This document shows, piece after piece, positions 26,714 through 40,551 of a stretch of DNA of 64,000 nucleotides. How positions within the stretch are numbered: position 1 is the stretch's first letter; every line of letters starts with the position of its first letter. Below the pieces are notes generated by a model that had not been told where the DNA came from, searched no databases, and was given only the letters and a program-made list of their open reading frames with translations. Both the position numbers and the translations under genes were made by a program. This DNA comes from Eledone cirrhosa (lineage: Eukaryota). The DNA is taken from the NCBI GenBank assembly GCA_964016885.1, contig OZ024751.1, positions 29,512,001 to 29,576,000 of the forward strand, given 5' to 3'.

Positions 26714-27463
26714 ATATATATATATATATGTGTGTGTGTATATATGTCTGTGTGTATATATATATATGTATGTGTGTGTATATATATGTCTGTGTATGTA
26801 TATATATATATGTCTGTGTGTATATATATATATGTATGTGTGTGTATATATATATATATATGTATATGTGTGTATATATATATATATATGTATGTGTGTA
26901 TATATATATATGTATGTTTCTGCATATATATATGTGAGTGTGTATATATGTATGTGTGTGTATATGTGTATGTATGTGTGTGTGTATATATATTTATATA
27001 TATATGTGTGTGTATATATATATATATGTGTATGTGTATATACATACATACACTGTATATACATACACTGTATATACATACTTTATATACATACACTGTA
27101 TATACATACGCTGTATATACATACATACACTGTATATATATACACACATATTAGTTTATTTAGGTTTAAATTTATTGGGTCAGGTTTAATAAAACGAGAT
27201 GAGTTTTGTGTATAGATAGAAGCGTTAATCCTTAAAAAGTCAGCAACAACAACAACAACACTGCCACCACCACCACCACCACATCACCACCACCACCACC
27301 ACCACCAGCAACAACACAATCAAGAACAACACCAACAACAATTGTTTAGCTGTTGCCAGGTTGCAGTGTTAGCTCAGTAAATCCCATTACGTTCTCAATA
27401 CATTTTCTTCGTGTTTAAATGACAAACTTTTGTGAATGTCTATGTAGCTAGTTGTTTGTATAA

Positions 27464-27527
<64 letters not shown>

Positions 27528-27568
27528 ACATACACATATGTGCATGTGTATATATGTATATATATATT

Positions 27569-27661
<93 letters not shown>

Positions 27662-27758
27662 ATACACATACGTGCACATGTATGTGTGTGCGTATATATA
27701 TATATATGTGTGTATGTATGTACCTACACATATGTGCATGTGGAGATAAATATATATA

Positions 27759-27789
<31 letters not shown>

Positions 27790-28541
27790 ACATATAAACA
27801 TACACATGTTTTAACTGTTATTTTACACACACACATACCTACATATATATATATATATATATATACCTCTTTAACAATTTTATCTCTTTTTTTGTTTGTT
27901 TTTGTTTTATTTATATTTTTTCAACTTCCCTTTCAGTTTTTTTCTTTTTGTTGTTTTTTTTTTAAGCTTCACCATATTGTAAACAATTATTCTATTCTCT
28001 ACTGAAAAGAATCCTGCATCTTAGAATTTTGTATTAAATTGATTAAGGAGAAAGAAGGTTCTAGAACATGACAAGGTGGTGATGTATCCATTGCTGCCTT
28101 TTCTTTTCTCACTACACAATATATATAATAAATTTAGATTATATTTCATAAAAGTAGATCAGTTTTTATAAAGGTAGAAATCTAAGTCATATACATGTTG
28201 CATTTCTAGGAGTTTAACCCTCAACTCTACAAATAAGGATATGTTTTGTTTTGTATCTGTTGTTGTTGTTTTTTTTTTGGGGGGGGGGGGGGGGGGTTGA
28301 TCACATATTACATTTGGTTGTGAAGTGAACTCTTTAAACACACAACCACCTTTTTTCTTCGTCATCATCATCATCATGTGTTTTTTACTTAACTCTCTAC
28401 ATTAGAAATAAGAATATTACATGTAGTTGGGAAGTAAAGTCTAACCATGTAGCCATCTTCAACTTTACAATTAAGGACATTTTTGTGTGTTGTGTGAGAT
28501 GTGATCACATGTTGCATGTGGTTGTGAACTAAGCTCCTTAA

Positions 28542-29602
28542 CCCTTTAGCATTTAAACCAGCCATATCCAGCAAGAATTCCCTCACCTCTTTCTTTTCAA
28601 ACTGGCTATAACTAGCCACTCATGTTTAGGTTAAGGTATTGTTCTCTAAATAAATAATATCGAAATCTCATGGATTCAATATTGTGAGAAATTATGTAAG
28701 ATAAAGCCTTTACTGTGAAAATACAATAGTAAATATAGAGTAATGTAAATGTTATGCGAGATATTATGTGAGGTAAAGCCTTTACTGTGAAAATACAATA
28801 GTAAATATAGATTAATGGAAATGTTATGTGAGATATTATGTGAGGTAAAGCCTTTACTGTGAAAATACAATAGTAAATATAGAGTAATGTAAATGTTATG
28901 CGAGATATTATGTGAGGTAAAGCCTTTACTGTGAAAATACAATAGTAAATATAGAGTAATGTAAATGTTATGTGAGGTAAAGCCTTTACTGTGAAAATAC
29001 AATAGTAAATATAGAGTAATGTAAATGTTATGTGAGATAGTATGTGAGGTAAAGCCTTTACTATGAAAATACAATAGTAAATATAGAGTAATGTAAATGT
29101 TATGTGAGATATTATGTGAGGTAAAGCCTTTACTGTGAAAATACAATAGTATATATAGAGTAATGGAAATGTTATGTGAGATAGTATGTGAGGTAAAGCC
29201 TTTACTGTGAAAATACAATAGTATATATAGAGTAATGGAAATGTTATGTGAGATATTATGTGAGGTAAAGCCTTTACTGTGAAAATACAATAGTATATAT
29301 AGAGTAATGGAAATGTTATGTGAGATATTATGTGAGGTAAAGCCTTTACTGTGAAAATACAATAGTATATATAGAGTAATGGAAATGTTATGTGAGATAT
29401 TATGTGAGGTAAAGCCTTTACTGTGAAAATACAATAGTAAATATAGAGTAATGGAAATGTTATGTGAGATATTATGTGAGGTAAAGCCTTTACTGTGAAA
29501 ATACAATAGTAAATATAGAGTAATGGAAATGTTATGCGAGATATTATATGAGGTAAAGCCTTTACTGTGAAAATACAATAGTAAATATAGAGTAATGGAA
29601 AT
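28542..29602. mobile_element. piggyBac-like MITE whose subterminal 72-bp segment is expanded to 13 tandem copies
   Basis: Starts TTAA|CCCTTTAGCATTTAAA like 3195. AGCCTTTACTGTGAAAATAC recurs every 72 bp (one 60-bp unit) from 28706 to 29557. The right TIR is missing. Confidence 0.85.
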
Positions 29603-29896
29603 ACAACCATTTTCATTATCATCTTCAATTTACAAATACGGACGTTTGTGTGTGTTGTCATGTTTTATGTGGTTGTCAAGCAAGCACCTTAACCATGCAA
29701 CCATCATCATCATCACATGTGCATATATATATGTGTGTGTGTGTCTTACTTAACCTTCAACTTTACAAATTTTGTGTGGGTATCACATATTACATGTGGG
29801 TACACTACCAACTTAAAGAGTGGCCTGGGTGCTCTTTGTCATAGCTCTGCAATATATGGCTAAGGGGTACTTTAAATATAGTTAGTATATTTGTGT

Positions 29897-30405
29897 GGAG
29901 GCGCATGGTCTAGTGGTTAGGGTGTTGAACTTATGATCATAATGTTGTGTGTTTGATTCCTGAACTTGATTGTGTGTTCTGTTCTTGAGCAAAACACTTC
30001 ATTTCACATTGCTCCAGTATACTCAGCTGAAAATAAGTACCAGCAGTAATAGCTGGGAGTTTAACCCTGCAATGGACTGGTGTCCTGTCCAGGGGGAGTA
30101 ATGTACTCTCTGTCACTTAACGCCACAGAAAGTGGGATAAGCACTGACTTGAGGAGCCTCTGGACTTGAGAGAGACATTAATCCTGCAATGGACTGGCGT
30201 CCTGTCCAGGGGGAGTTTTGTACTCTTAGTTGCTTAATGCCACAGAAAGTGGGATAAGCACTGACTCGAGGAACCTCTGGACTTGAGAGAGACATTAATC
30301 CTGCAATGGACTGGTGTCCTGTCCAGGGGGAGTCTTGTACTCTTAGTTGCTTCATGCCACTGAAACCGGATAAGCACCGGTTTAAAGAGCCTCCAGACTT
30401 TAGAC
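29897..30405 (+). mobile_element. tRNA-derived CORE-like SINE with triplicated 117-bp 3' region
   Basis: A-box TGGTCTAGTGG and GTTCTTGAGCAAAACACTT. CCTGCAATGGACTGGTGTCCTGTCCAGGGGGAG occurs at about 30066, 30183 and 30300. Confidence 0.75.
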
Positions 30406-30798
30406 TCTTTTAGTATATTAGTACATACAGAAGAGCAGTAGATCATTTGGAAAGATATGAAACTTAGAACATATAAAATTGATCAAATGAGAGTGGAAGA
30501 AGACACTATCTTAAAGACGTCATAAATAACTGTCTTAATATTGGTCGTAGAACTAGCAGATCCCTCAGGGGTTTATATTATTCCACCTCCATATATGGTA
30601 TGGTATATATTAATGGAATATTATTCAATTCCAACTTTTGGACTTTATTAAAAACTATTATATATAGATGTGTATGTGTGTATATGTTAATATATCTCTC
30701 TCACTCTCTCTCTATCTCTATATATATATATATATATATATACATTTATCAATCATTATATATATATATACATACATACATACATATGCTTACCAATC

Positions 30799-30855
<57 letters not shown>

Positions 30856-30980
30856 CTATATGTGTATGTTAATATCTCTCTTTTTCTCTCTCTCTGTATA
30901 TACATATATTTATCAATTATTATACCCCTCTCTCTCTCTCTCCATATCTATCCTTTATATTTCTTTCTTTCTCTCTCCCT

Positions 30981-31029
<49 letters not shown>

Positions 31030-31564
31030 TCTATCTCTCCATCACTATCCCTCTTTCTCTCTCTCTTTTTATCTCTCTCTCCATGTACAATATTCTGGTG
31101 TTATTTAAACTGTTGCAGAACGACAGGGCAGTTTATTTTGATGCTAAATTTCTGTTAAAATTCTTGATACTCTCTTTGTTATTCTTTCCTTTCTTCATCT
31201 TCTTCAAAATAAGACCAGACCGAACAGAAACAAGCCAACCCATACCACACCCGACCTACATACTGAAGGGGGAGACTCGCTTCCGTAACGCTGTGGAGTC
31301 TCCCAACAGAACGGCCTTCAGGTTGGAATCGCCATTTGTTGCTGACATTTAGAATTAAGGATGCCTCTTGGGGCAGCAGTGGGTGATGTGAAACTGGCAG
31401 ATCTTGTTACTTGCAAGATGATGCTGTGTCAGTTGAGATGTATGATGTATGCATATATCTAGATGGCCTTTGTTCACTTGACTCTAATATGCACATATCT
31501 ATATTGTCAAATGTGTGCACAGTATTCTATATAGGATGTCGTGTATGTATGCATGTATATGTAT

Positions 31565-31642
<78 letters not shown>

Positions 31643-31684
31643 GTTTGTCTATAGACATATATATTTATGTATGTATATGTATGT

Positions 31685-31715
<31 letters not shown>

Positions 31716-32284
31716 AATATATTTATGTATATATACTTATACATATATATGTATGTATATATATATTTAGAGTATATATACAAATATATTTATGTATATA
31801 TGCATGTATTATGTATGTATATATATATTTATGTATATATACAAATATATTCCTGTATATATACATATATATGTATGTATGTATATACATATATATTTAT
31901 GTATATATACAAATATATTCCTGTATATATACATATATATGTATGTATGTATATATATATTTATGCATATATACAAATATATTCATGTATATATACATAT
32001 ATATGTATGTATATATATATATATATATATTTACATATACAAATATATTTATGTATATATACATATATATGTATGTATACATAGTAATGACACACACACA
32101 CACACACACACACATGATGTTAGAAAGAATGTGTACATATAGAATTGTATATGCCTATGTGAAAAATTATGTATGTGTGTTTGATTATATCTATCGATAT
32201 ACTTTCATGTATGTTCATATATAACCTGCAGACATGCACATCTGCATGGCTAGCTACAGTGGCTTATGTACATATATATATATA

Positions 32285-32360
<76 letters not shown>

Positions 32361-32574
32361 CATCCAATCCAATAGTTGACCTCCACCACTTCCCATTTGG
32401 TTTTGGCTAATTTCCGGTTAGTGAGGCTATTTAACCCATAGTTGGGGTGGGTGGATATAAATATATATATGTATATATATAAAATTTATATAAATACATA
32501 TATATATATATTTATTTATATATACCATGCTAGCATGGAAAATGGACATTAAACGATGACGATGGTGATGATTT

Positions 32575-32613
<39 letters not shown>

Positions 32614-32700
32614 AAATATATCAAATATGCTTCATTTTTGTGCTTCTCAATAAAAAAGCTCTATGGACGTTTGTCTAGAGCTATAATATTTCAACTTAAA

Positions 32701-32749
<49 letters not shown>

Positions 32750-32862
32750 TATACATATATATATATAACTTTTAATTTGAAATATATATAAATATATAGA
32801 TTATTTATAAAATTATATAAGATCCCAGAAAACTGTTGTATTTCCATTCTTTTATATATATA

Positions 32863-33075
32863 AGGCGTGTGGCTGAGTGGTTAGAGAATTGGATTTGCAA
32901 TCGTAAGGTTGTGAGTTCGATTCCTGGACCAGGCGATGCGTTATGTCCTTGAGCAAGACACTTTATTTCACGTTGCTCCTTCTACCTGGAGTTGCGATCG
33001 ATAGATAGTATTAGCAATTGGAAAGACCAACGGAAACATTGTTCCCTCGGTCCGATTTGACGAAAGTCGATCGTT
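32863..33075 (+). mobile_element. tRNA-derived CORE-like SINE
   Basis: A-box TGGCTGAGTGG, B-box GAGTTCGATTCC, and GTCCTTGAGCAAGACACTTTATTTCACG. Confidence 0.8.
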
Positions 33076-33121
<46 letters not shown>

Positions 33122-33493
33122 ATAAGTTAGCAAGATATCGTTTAAGGTAATCCAAGTTGTGGTTATGAGTACTCTGTATCGAAGAGAGTTTTAAGAGTCG
33201 GTGTTGTTTGACTCAACAAGAAATTTCCTTAGTCGGGTGAGTTCTTAGGTAAGTGGATCTTACCTAGTAGTAATAATAGTAAATGAGTGAAGAATAATAC
33301 TTTGCATAAACCGTATTGTACAGCCGACCATGTTATTCTTCACTCATATATATATACTATATATATATGTGTGTGTATATATATATATATATATATGAAT
33401 GTATGTATAGTATGTTTAATTAAAAACATTTAGAAGACCATACTCTATCAGTTTTTAAGAAGTGACTATGTCACTTCTTTTCGGTGAAATATA

Positions 33494-33533
<40 letters not shown>

Positions 33534-34901
33534 GTGTTAGAAAGGGCATCCAGCTACAGAAAATATACAAAAATGGGACATATGAATGTAATACAGCCTT
33601 CTTACCCCTATTACTGTAAGATATTGAACCTTATAAATGAATAAACAATAAACAATGTGACATTGATATAACATAAGAACATAATATAAAAAACAAACAA
33701 AAACCAAAGCATTACAGAATTAAAGATTATGGTAAACTAATAAACCAATATAAAAGTTATGGCATTTTAAACCATACCACAGCAATGGGGTGTTTTGTTT
33801 GGAGCTGGGCTAAACTCTGTTATAAATTGTTTTTTTTGTTGGGGGTTCAGTTTATTTAACTGACAAACAAACGTGGTTAGGTTCTGTAGCATTGTTGTGT
33901 TGGTACTATAGAAACTTGTGTCAGCTATATATAACAACAGCAACAACAATGCAATAACAACAACAACTACCACCAACAACAGCAGCAGCCACCAACACCA
34001 CCACAACAACTGTCACAACCAACAACAACCACAATAACAACCACAAACATCACCCAAAACAGCAATAACCACCAAGAAAATAACTTCCAAGAAAATAACT
34101 TCCATTCCAACAACAATGATGACCACTACCACAACAACAACCACCATCTCAACAAAAACAACAATTAACAACACCACCACCACAACAACAACCACCACTA
34201 CCACAACAACAACCATCTCAACAAAAACAACAATTAACAACACCACAACAACAACAACCACCACTACCACAACAACAACCATCTCAACAAAAACAACAGC
34301 AATTAACAACACCACAACAACAACAACCATCACCACTACCACAACAACAACAAAACTAATAAATTCTTCAGTTGAATTTGTTTGGTAAATGATATTATAT
34401 TTGAGACTGTATGAGGATTAAAATAATTCTATTGTGGTAGAATCACAGTAGCCATTAAATACACACACACACACACATGTATACACACACACATATATAT
34501 ATACACACATACACTTATATATATGTACACACACACACACTTATATATATACACACACATGTATATACACACATATATACACACACACACATATATACAT
34601 ATACACATACACACATATATACAAATACACACATATACTACACATACATATATACACATACAGTATGTGTATAGAAATCTATTCTATTACTGTTTTGCTG
34701 TTGTTGTTGTTGCGGCAGCAGCAAAGGTTACATAGGTCTAATTAGTCCAAGTCAGTACTAAAGTGGGGCTACTGATCTCCTTGACAAGCCAGGGACCTGG
34801 GTCTTGCATTCAACTGAACCTTTGACACACTGAAAGGTCCTCCCAACCCTTTATTTAGCAAGAATTTATATGGCTAGATGCCCTTCCTATCACCAACCTA
34901 T

Positions 34902-36251
34902 TTACACCATGTACTGAGTGCAGTTATCATGTAGATCACTAACACTAACTCTTACACCATGTATTGAGTGCAGTTATCATGTAGATCACTAACACTAACT
35001 CTTACACCATGTATTGAGTGCAGTTATCATGTAGATCACTAACACTAACTCTTACACCATGTATTGAGTGCAGTTATCATGTAGATCACTAACACTAACT
35101 CTTACACCATGTATTGAGTGCAGTTATCATGTAGATCACTAACACTAACTCTTACACCATGTATTGAGTGCAGTTATCATGTAGATCACTAACACTAACT
35201 CTTACACCATGTACTGAGTGCAGTTATCATGTAGATCACTAACACTAACTCTTACACCATGTACTGAGTGCAGTTATCATGTAGATCACTAACACTAACT
35301 CTTACACCATGTATTGAGTGCAGTTATCATGTAGATCACTAACACTAACTCTTACACCATGTATTGAGTGCAGTTATCATGTAGATCACTAACACTAACT
35401 CTTACACCATGTATTGAGTGCAGTTATCATGTAGATCACTAACACTAACTCTTACACCATGTATTGAGTGCAGTTATCATGTAGATCACTAACACTAACT
35501 CTTACACCATGTACTGAGTGCAGTTATCATGTAGATCACTAACACTAACTCTTACACCATGTATTGAGTGCAGTTATCATGTAGATCACTAACACTAACT
35601 CTTACACCATGTACTGAGTGCAGTTATCATGTAGATCACTAACACTAACTCTTACACCATGTACTGAGTGCAGTTATCATGTAGATCACTAACACTAACT
35701 CTTACACCATGTATTGAGTGCAGTTATCATGTAGATCACTAACACTAACTCTTACACCATGTATTGAGTGCAGTTATCATGTAGATCACTAACACTAACT
35801 CTTACACCATGTACTGAGTGCAGTTATCATGTAGATCACTAACACTAACTCTTACACCATGTATTGAGTGCAGTTATCATGTAGATCACTAACACTAACT
35901 CTTACACCATGTATTGAGTGCAGTTATCATGTAGATCACTAACACTAACTCTTACACCATGTACTGAGTGCAGTTATCATGTAGATCACTAACACTAACT
36001 CTTACACCATGTATTGAGTGCAGTTATCATGTAGATCACTAACACTAACTCTTACACCATGTACTGAGTGCAGTTATCATGTAGATCACTAACACTAACT
36101 CTTACACCATGTACTGAGTGCAGTTATCATGTAGATCACTAACACTAACTCTTACACCATGTATTGAGTGCAGTTATCATGTAGATCACTAACACTAACT
36201 CTTACACCATGTATTGAGTGCAGTTATCATGTAGATCACTAACACTAACTC
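34902..36251. repeat. 50-bp satellite, about 27 copies, at an RTE-tail anchor
   Basis: Unit TTACACCATGTAYTGAGTGCAGTTATCATGTAGATCACTAACACTAACTC, preceded by GGCTAGATGCCCTTCCTATCACCAACC. Confidence 0.95.
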
Positions 36252-36324
36252 TCTGCCCTGTTTGGTAAGCTTTCTACAGCTGGATATCCTTCCTATCATC
36301 AACCACTATACAGTTAATATAATA

Positions 36325-37182
36325 TCATCATCATCGTTCAACGTCCATCTTCCACACTAGCCCACACTAGCATGGGTTGGAAGGGTTTATCCCACTTGAG
36401 GCAAGATTGGTTGGGTGGCCATGTCTCACTCATATAGAACTGTTTCTGGCAGGTTTTCTATGGCTGGATGCCCTTCCTAATGCCAGCTACATTTACAGTG
36501 TGGACTGGGAGCCTTTTTACCATGTCTCCTACATGACCACTTTACAGTGTGGACTGGGAGCCTTTTTACCATGTCTCCTACATGACCACTTTACAGTGTT
36601 GACTGGGAGCCTTTTTACCATGTCTCCTACATGACCACTTTACAGTGTGGACTGGGAGCCTTTTTACCATGTCTCCTACATGACCACTTTACAGTGTGGA
36701 CTGGGAGCCTTTTTACCATGTCTCCTACATGACCACTTTACAGTGTGGACTGGGAGCCTTTTTACCATGCCTCCTACATGACCACTTTACAGTGTGGACT
36801 GGGAGCCTTTTTACCATGTCTCCTACATGACCACTTTACAGTGTGGACTGGGAGCCTTTTTACCATGTCTCCTACATGACCACTTTACAGTGTGGACTGG
36901 GAGCCTTTTTACCATGCCTCCTACATGACCACTTTACAGTGTGGACTGGGAGCCTTTTTACCATGTCTCCTACATGACCACTTTACAGTGTGGACTGGGA
37001 GCCTTTTTACCATGCCTCCTACATGACCACTTTACAGTGTGGACTGGGAGCCTTTTTACCATGCCTCCTACATGACCACTTTACAGTGTGGACTGGGAGC
37101 CTTTTTACCATGCCTCCTACATGACCACTTTACAGTGTGGACTGGGAGCCTTTTTACCATGTCTCCTACATGACCACTTTAC
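36325..37182 (-). mobile_element. RTE-3'-tail-derived element with an internal 49-bp array (about 14 copies)
   Basis: The reverse-oriented (GAT)n tail and CCCATGCTAG motif lie at 36325-36490. The unit TTACAGTGTGGACTGGGAGCCTTTTTACCATGTCTCCTACATGACCACT follows. Confidence 0.9.
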
Positions 37183-37396
37183 TCTATTTAACAGATCAAG
37201 TTCACTGTTACTGCCTTATACTTATTAATGGGTTTATAAAATCAAATCTTTAGTTATGTATTTCTCTGTAGATTGTGGGAGATGTAGTTAGTTTCTGATG
37301 ATGGTCACAACTCAGTGAAACCCAAATCAAACTATTCAACATTTTTTTCATTCAATGGAGATATATGTAAATAAAACATGTTTAACTATACATAAA

Positions 37397-37427
<31 letters not shown>

Positions 37428-37516
37428 ATATACATATTTATTCAGCTTCTGTTAAATCGTGTACTCTTTGTGTCCTGATCTGAATATATATATATATATA
37501 TATAATATATATTTAT

Positions 37517-37549
<33 letters not shown>

Positions 37550-37616
37550 CACTGTAAACGATGATGATGATGATGACATACATACACACATATATATATA
37601 CACATATATGCATATG

Positions 37617-37647
<31 letters not shown>

Positions 37648-37672
37648 ATTTATATATATGTATATATATATA

Positions 37673-37721
<49 letters not shown>

Positions 37722-38799
37722 TCAGTATAAAATTAATAACTTTTTTGAAGATTACAAACTTTAAAACTTACTGCACTATAAGCATTTTAAGAGGCTAAGA
37801 GGTTTACAGTACCTTGTCTAGATCAGGTGACCCTATGCTCTCTTTGTTGTACAATTTAATGTTATTTCAGTAAGCTTGATTACTTTGTGTGTGCATTAGA
37901 GTAAGCAAGGGCACCAAAGGAAATTGGTCTTGTAAAGTTGAGAGTTTTTGATAATTCAGACTTTAGCTCCTATTGAAGACCACTCTCGGCCTTCTTCTCT
38001 AATGGCATTCAATTGTTTCTCCACAATTTAAGAATCTGAAAGCCAAAAGTGGAATGGAGTGGAATGGAATAGTTTAAGGATTGACAGAAAAATGGTCAGT
38101 GCAACATAAATACTGCTCAAAGAATGCATGGCAGCTGTAATAGTCTCACAGAAGTTACATGTTTTCTTTGGAGGTTTTTTTTTTTTAATTTTGCTCCTTT
38201 TTTTTTGGTTTTGTTTTGTTTATTTTCCTTTCTCTTCTTTGCTGGAGTAAACTTGCAAGCATTTGCTTCTGGTACCATTCCTCCCTCCTTACTACCTTGA
38301 TCTTTGAAATATTATTGTTACTGCTACCGTTCTTCATCCAGTCTTATATCATTTCATTCATTTTCGGTCCTTGCTTATCTTCTCTGCTGCCAATCTGAAG
38401 ATTATTTACCTGCAGCTTTGTCTTTGAAAACTGGATTCAGTTCTCCTTTGATGATGTTAATGGATTCAAAATGGTTTGGTTCTGCTACTCTTTGTAGTTT
38501 AATATTCCCTAGCTTGTTCTTATTGCTCAAGGCTATTTAATTTCTGGCTTCTTCTTCATCTTGTATATTCCAGGCAACATAGTTTACTTTTACCTACTTT
38601 ATTTAACTAATTCCATTATTTCAAGACACAAAAAAAGTAAAATAAATAAAAATGTTGTGTATTCTTCTTGGACATCTAACTATATTGTCTTGTAATATTT
38701 TTATTTTTCCTTAACCCTTTCGTTACCATATTTCTAAAGAAATCCACTGCCAATGTGTTTCAATTAATTTTGAAAATAATGATATTAATAATTAATAAT

Positions 38800-38960
38800 A
38801 ATTGTTTCTAATTTTGGCACAAGGCCAGCAATTATCCCAGTGCATTACTGGTACTTTATTTTATCGACCCTGTAAGGATGAAAGGCAAAGTTAACCTCAA
38901 CGGGATTTGAACTCAGAACATAAAGGGCCATAACTTCATGCCACAAAGCACATTGTCATA
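38800..38960 (-). mobile_element. Meta-domain-like SINE
   Basis: Reverse complement of the 12755-12940 family. Confidence 0.75.
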
Positions 38961-39032
38961 CATTACTGAAACGTGTATAGAAAAATAAAAAAACAGATAT
39001 ATTAAAGTTCTAAAAGGCTTCGGTGTTCCTTT

Positions 39033-39087
<55 letters not shown>

Positions 39088-39345
39088 ATATATACATACA
39101 CACACACACATCATCATCATCATTTTACATCCACTTTTCCCTGCTTGCAAGGGTGGGACATATATATATAACGTATATATATATATATATAAAATATTCA
39201 AGTAAAATTAGGTAACTTTCTATTCACTCTTCCCACTTATAAAGTACCAGTAATGTACTGGGGTCGATTTAATTGACTTAGCTATCTCTCCAAAATTGTT
39301 GGCCTTGTGCCTAAATCAGAAACCGTTATTATTATCTGCTGGTCG

Positions 39346-40170
39346 CACACTGCAAAGTGGTCATGTGGTATCACATGACAAAAAGCCCCTAGTACACACT
39401 GCAAAGTGGTCATGTAGGTGTCACATGACAAAAAGCCCCTCGTACACACTGCAAAGTGGTCATGTAGGTGTCACATGACAAAAAGCACCTCGTACACACT
39501 GCAAAGTGGTCATGTAGGTGTCACATGACAAAAAGCACCTAGTACACACTGCAAAGTGGTCATGTAGATATCGCATGACAAAAGGCACCTAGTACACACT
39601 GCAAAGTGGTCATGTAGGTGTCACATGACAAAAAGCACCTAGTACACACTGCAAAGTGGTCATGTAGGTATCGCATGACAAAAAGCACCTAGTACACACT
39701 GCAAAGTGGTCATGTAGGTATCGCATGACAAAAAGCACCTAGTACACACTGCAAAGTGGTCATGTAGGTATCGCATGACAAAAAGCACCTAGTACACACT
39801 GCAAAGTGGTCATGTAGGTGTCACATGACAAAAAGCACCTCGTACACACTGCAAAGTGGTCATGTAGGTGTCACATGACAAAAAGCACCTAGTACACGCT
39901 GCAAAGTGGTCATGTAGGTGTCACATGACAAAAAGCACCTAGTACACGCTGCAAAGTGGTCATGTAGGTGTCACATGACAAAAAGCACCTAGTACACACT
40001 GCAAAGTGGTTGGCATTAAGAAGCACATTCAGCCATAGAAACCAAACCAAAATTAGTTCTGTGTGAGCAAGACATGGTCATCTGACCTGGCTTGTCTTAC
40101 GACGGGACAACTCATCTAACCCATAATAGCGTGGAGAAATGGACATTGAACAGTAATGATGATGATGATA
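39346..40170 (+). mobile_element. RTE-3'-tail-derived element with an internal 50-bp array (13 copies)
   Basis: Unit GCAAAGTGGTCATGTAGGTGTCACATGACAAAAAGCACCTAGTACACACT runs to 40010. GTGGTTGGCATTAAGAAGCACATTCAGCC and a (GAT)n tail follow. Confidence 0.9.
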
Positions 40171-40223
40171 AACAGAAGTTTTCTGATCCAGTGGTTACAT
40201 AGAAGGTGCATTTCTTACTTTAA

Positions 40224-40409
40224 CCTTTTAGCATTTAAATCAGCCAGATCTGGTCAGAATTCTCTCACCTTTTTCTGTTCAAACCAGTTGTAAATGGCTG
40301 CTCATACTGATGTTAAGGTATTGTTCTCAAAATAAATAATATCAAAATCTCATAGATTTGATATTATGTGAGATAAAGCCTTTACCATGAAAATATAAAA
40401 GTTAAAGGG
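40224..40409. mobile_element. piggyBac-like MITE just downstream of the BEN gene stop codon
   Basis: TTAA|CCTTTTAGCATTTAAA ... TAAAGGG, homologous to 3195. Confidence 0.7.
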
Positions 40410-40463
40410 TTTTAATATGGGGTAAAACAAAACAAAACAATTTTTCTTTATTAAAAATATGGT

Positions 40464-40469
40464 TTTATT
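40464..40469 (-). promoter_or_regulatory. Candidate polyadenylation signal of the BEN-domain gene
   Basis: AATAAA on the minus strand about 83 nt after the TAG stop. The AT-rich context makes chance occurrence likely. Confidence 0.3.
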
Positions 40470-40551
40470 TTATATATTTGCTGAAAAATATAGTAATTTT
40501 CTTTTTTAATGATAAAAATAAAAATTAATGATTAAATCGCTAAATCACACC

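Noticed and set aside
28612-29661. 349-aa and 300-aa repetitive ORFs
   Set aside because: These are read-through of the 72-bp MITE-derived array.
29897-29975. tRNA gene candidates (also 32863, 40888, 53160)
   Set aside because: A/B boxes are present but there is no complete cloverleaf, and each continues into a SINE body.
37900-38560. Possible minus-strand exons or LINE fragment
   Set aside because: Only short open stretches with stops. I could not assign a motif or consistent splice phases.
34902-40010. Regular arrays as possible CRISPR
   Set aside because: They are head-to-tail units without unique spacers, with no cas genes and a eukaryotic context. The same applies to 44585-44990, whose spacers are only (GA)n.
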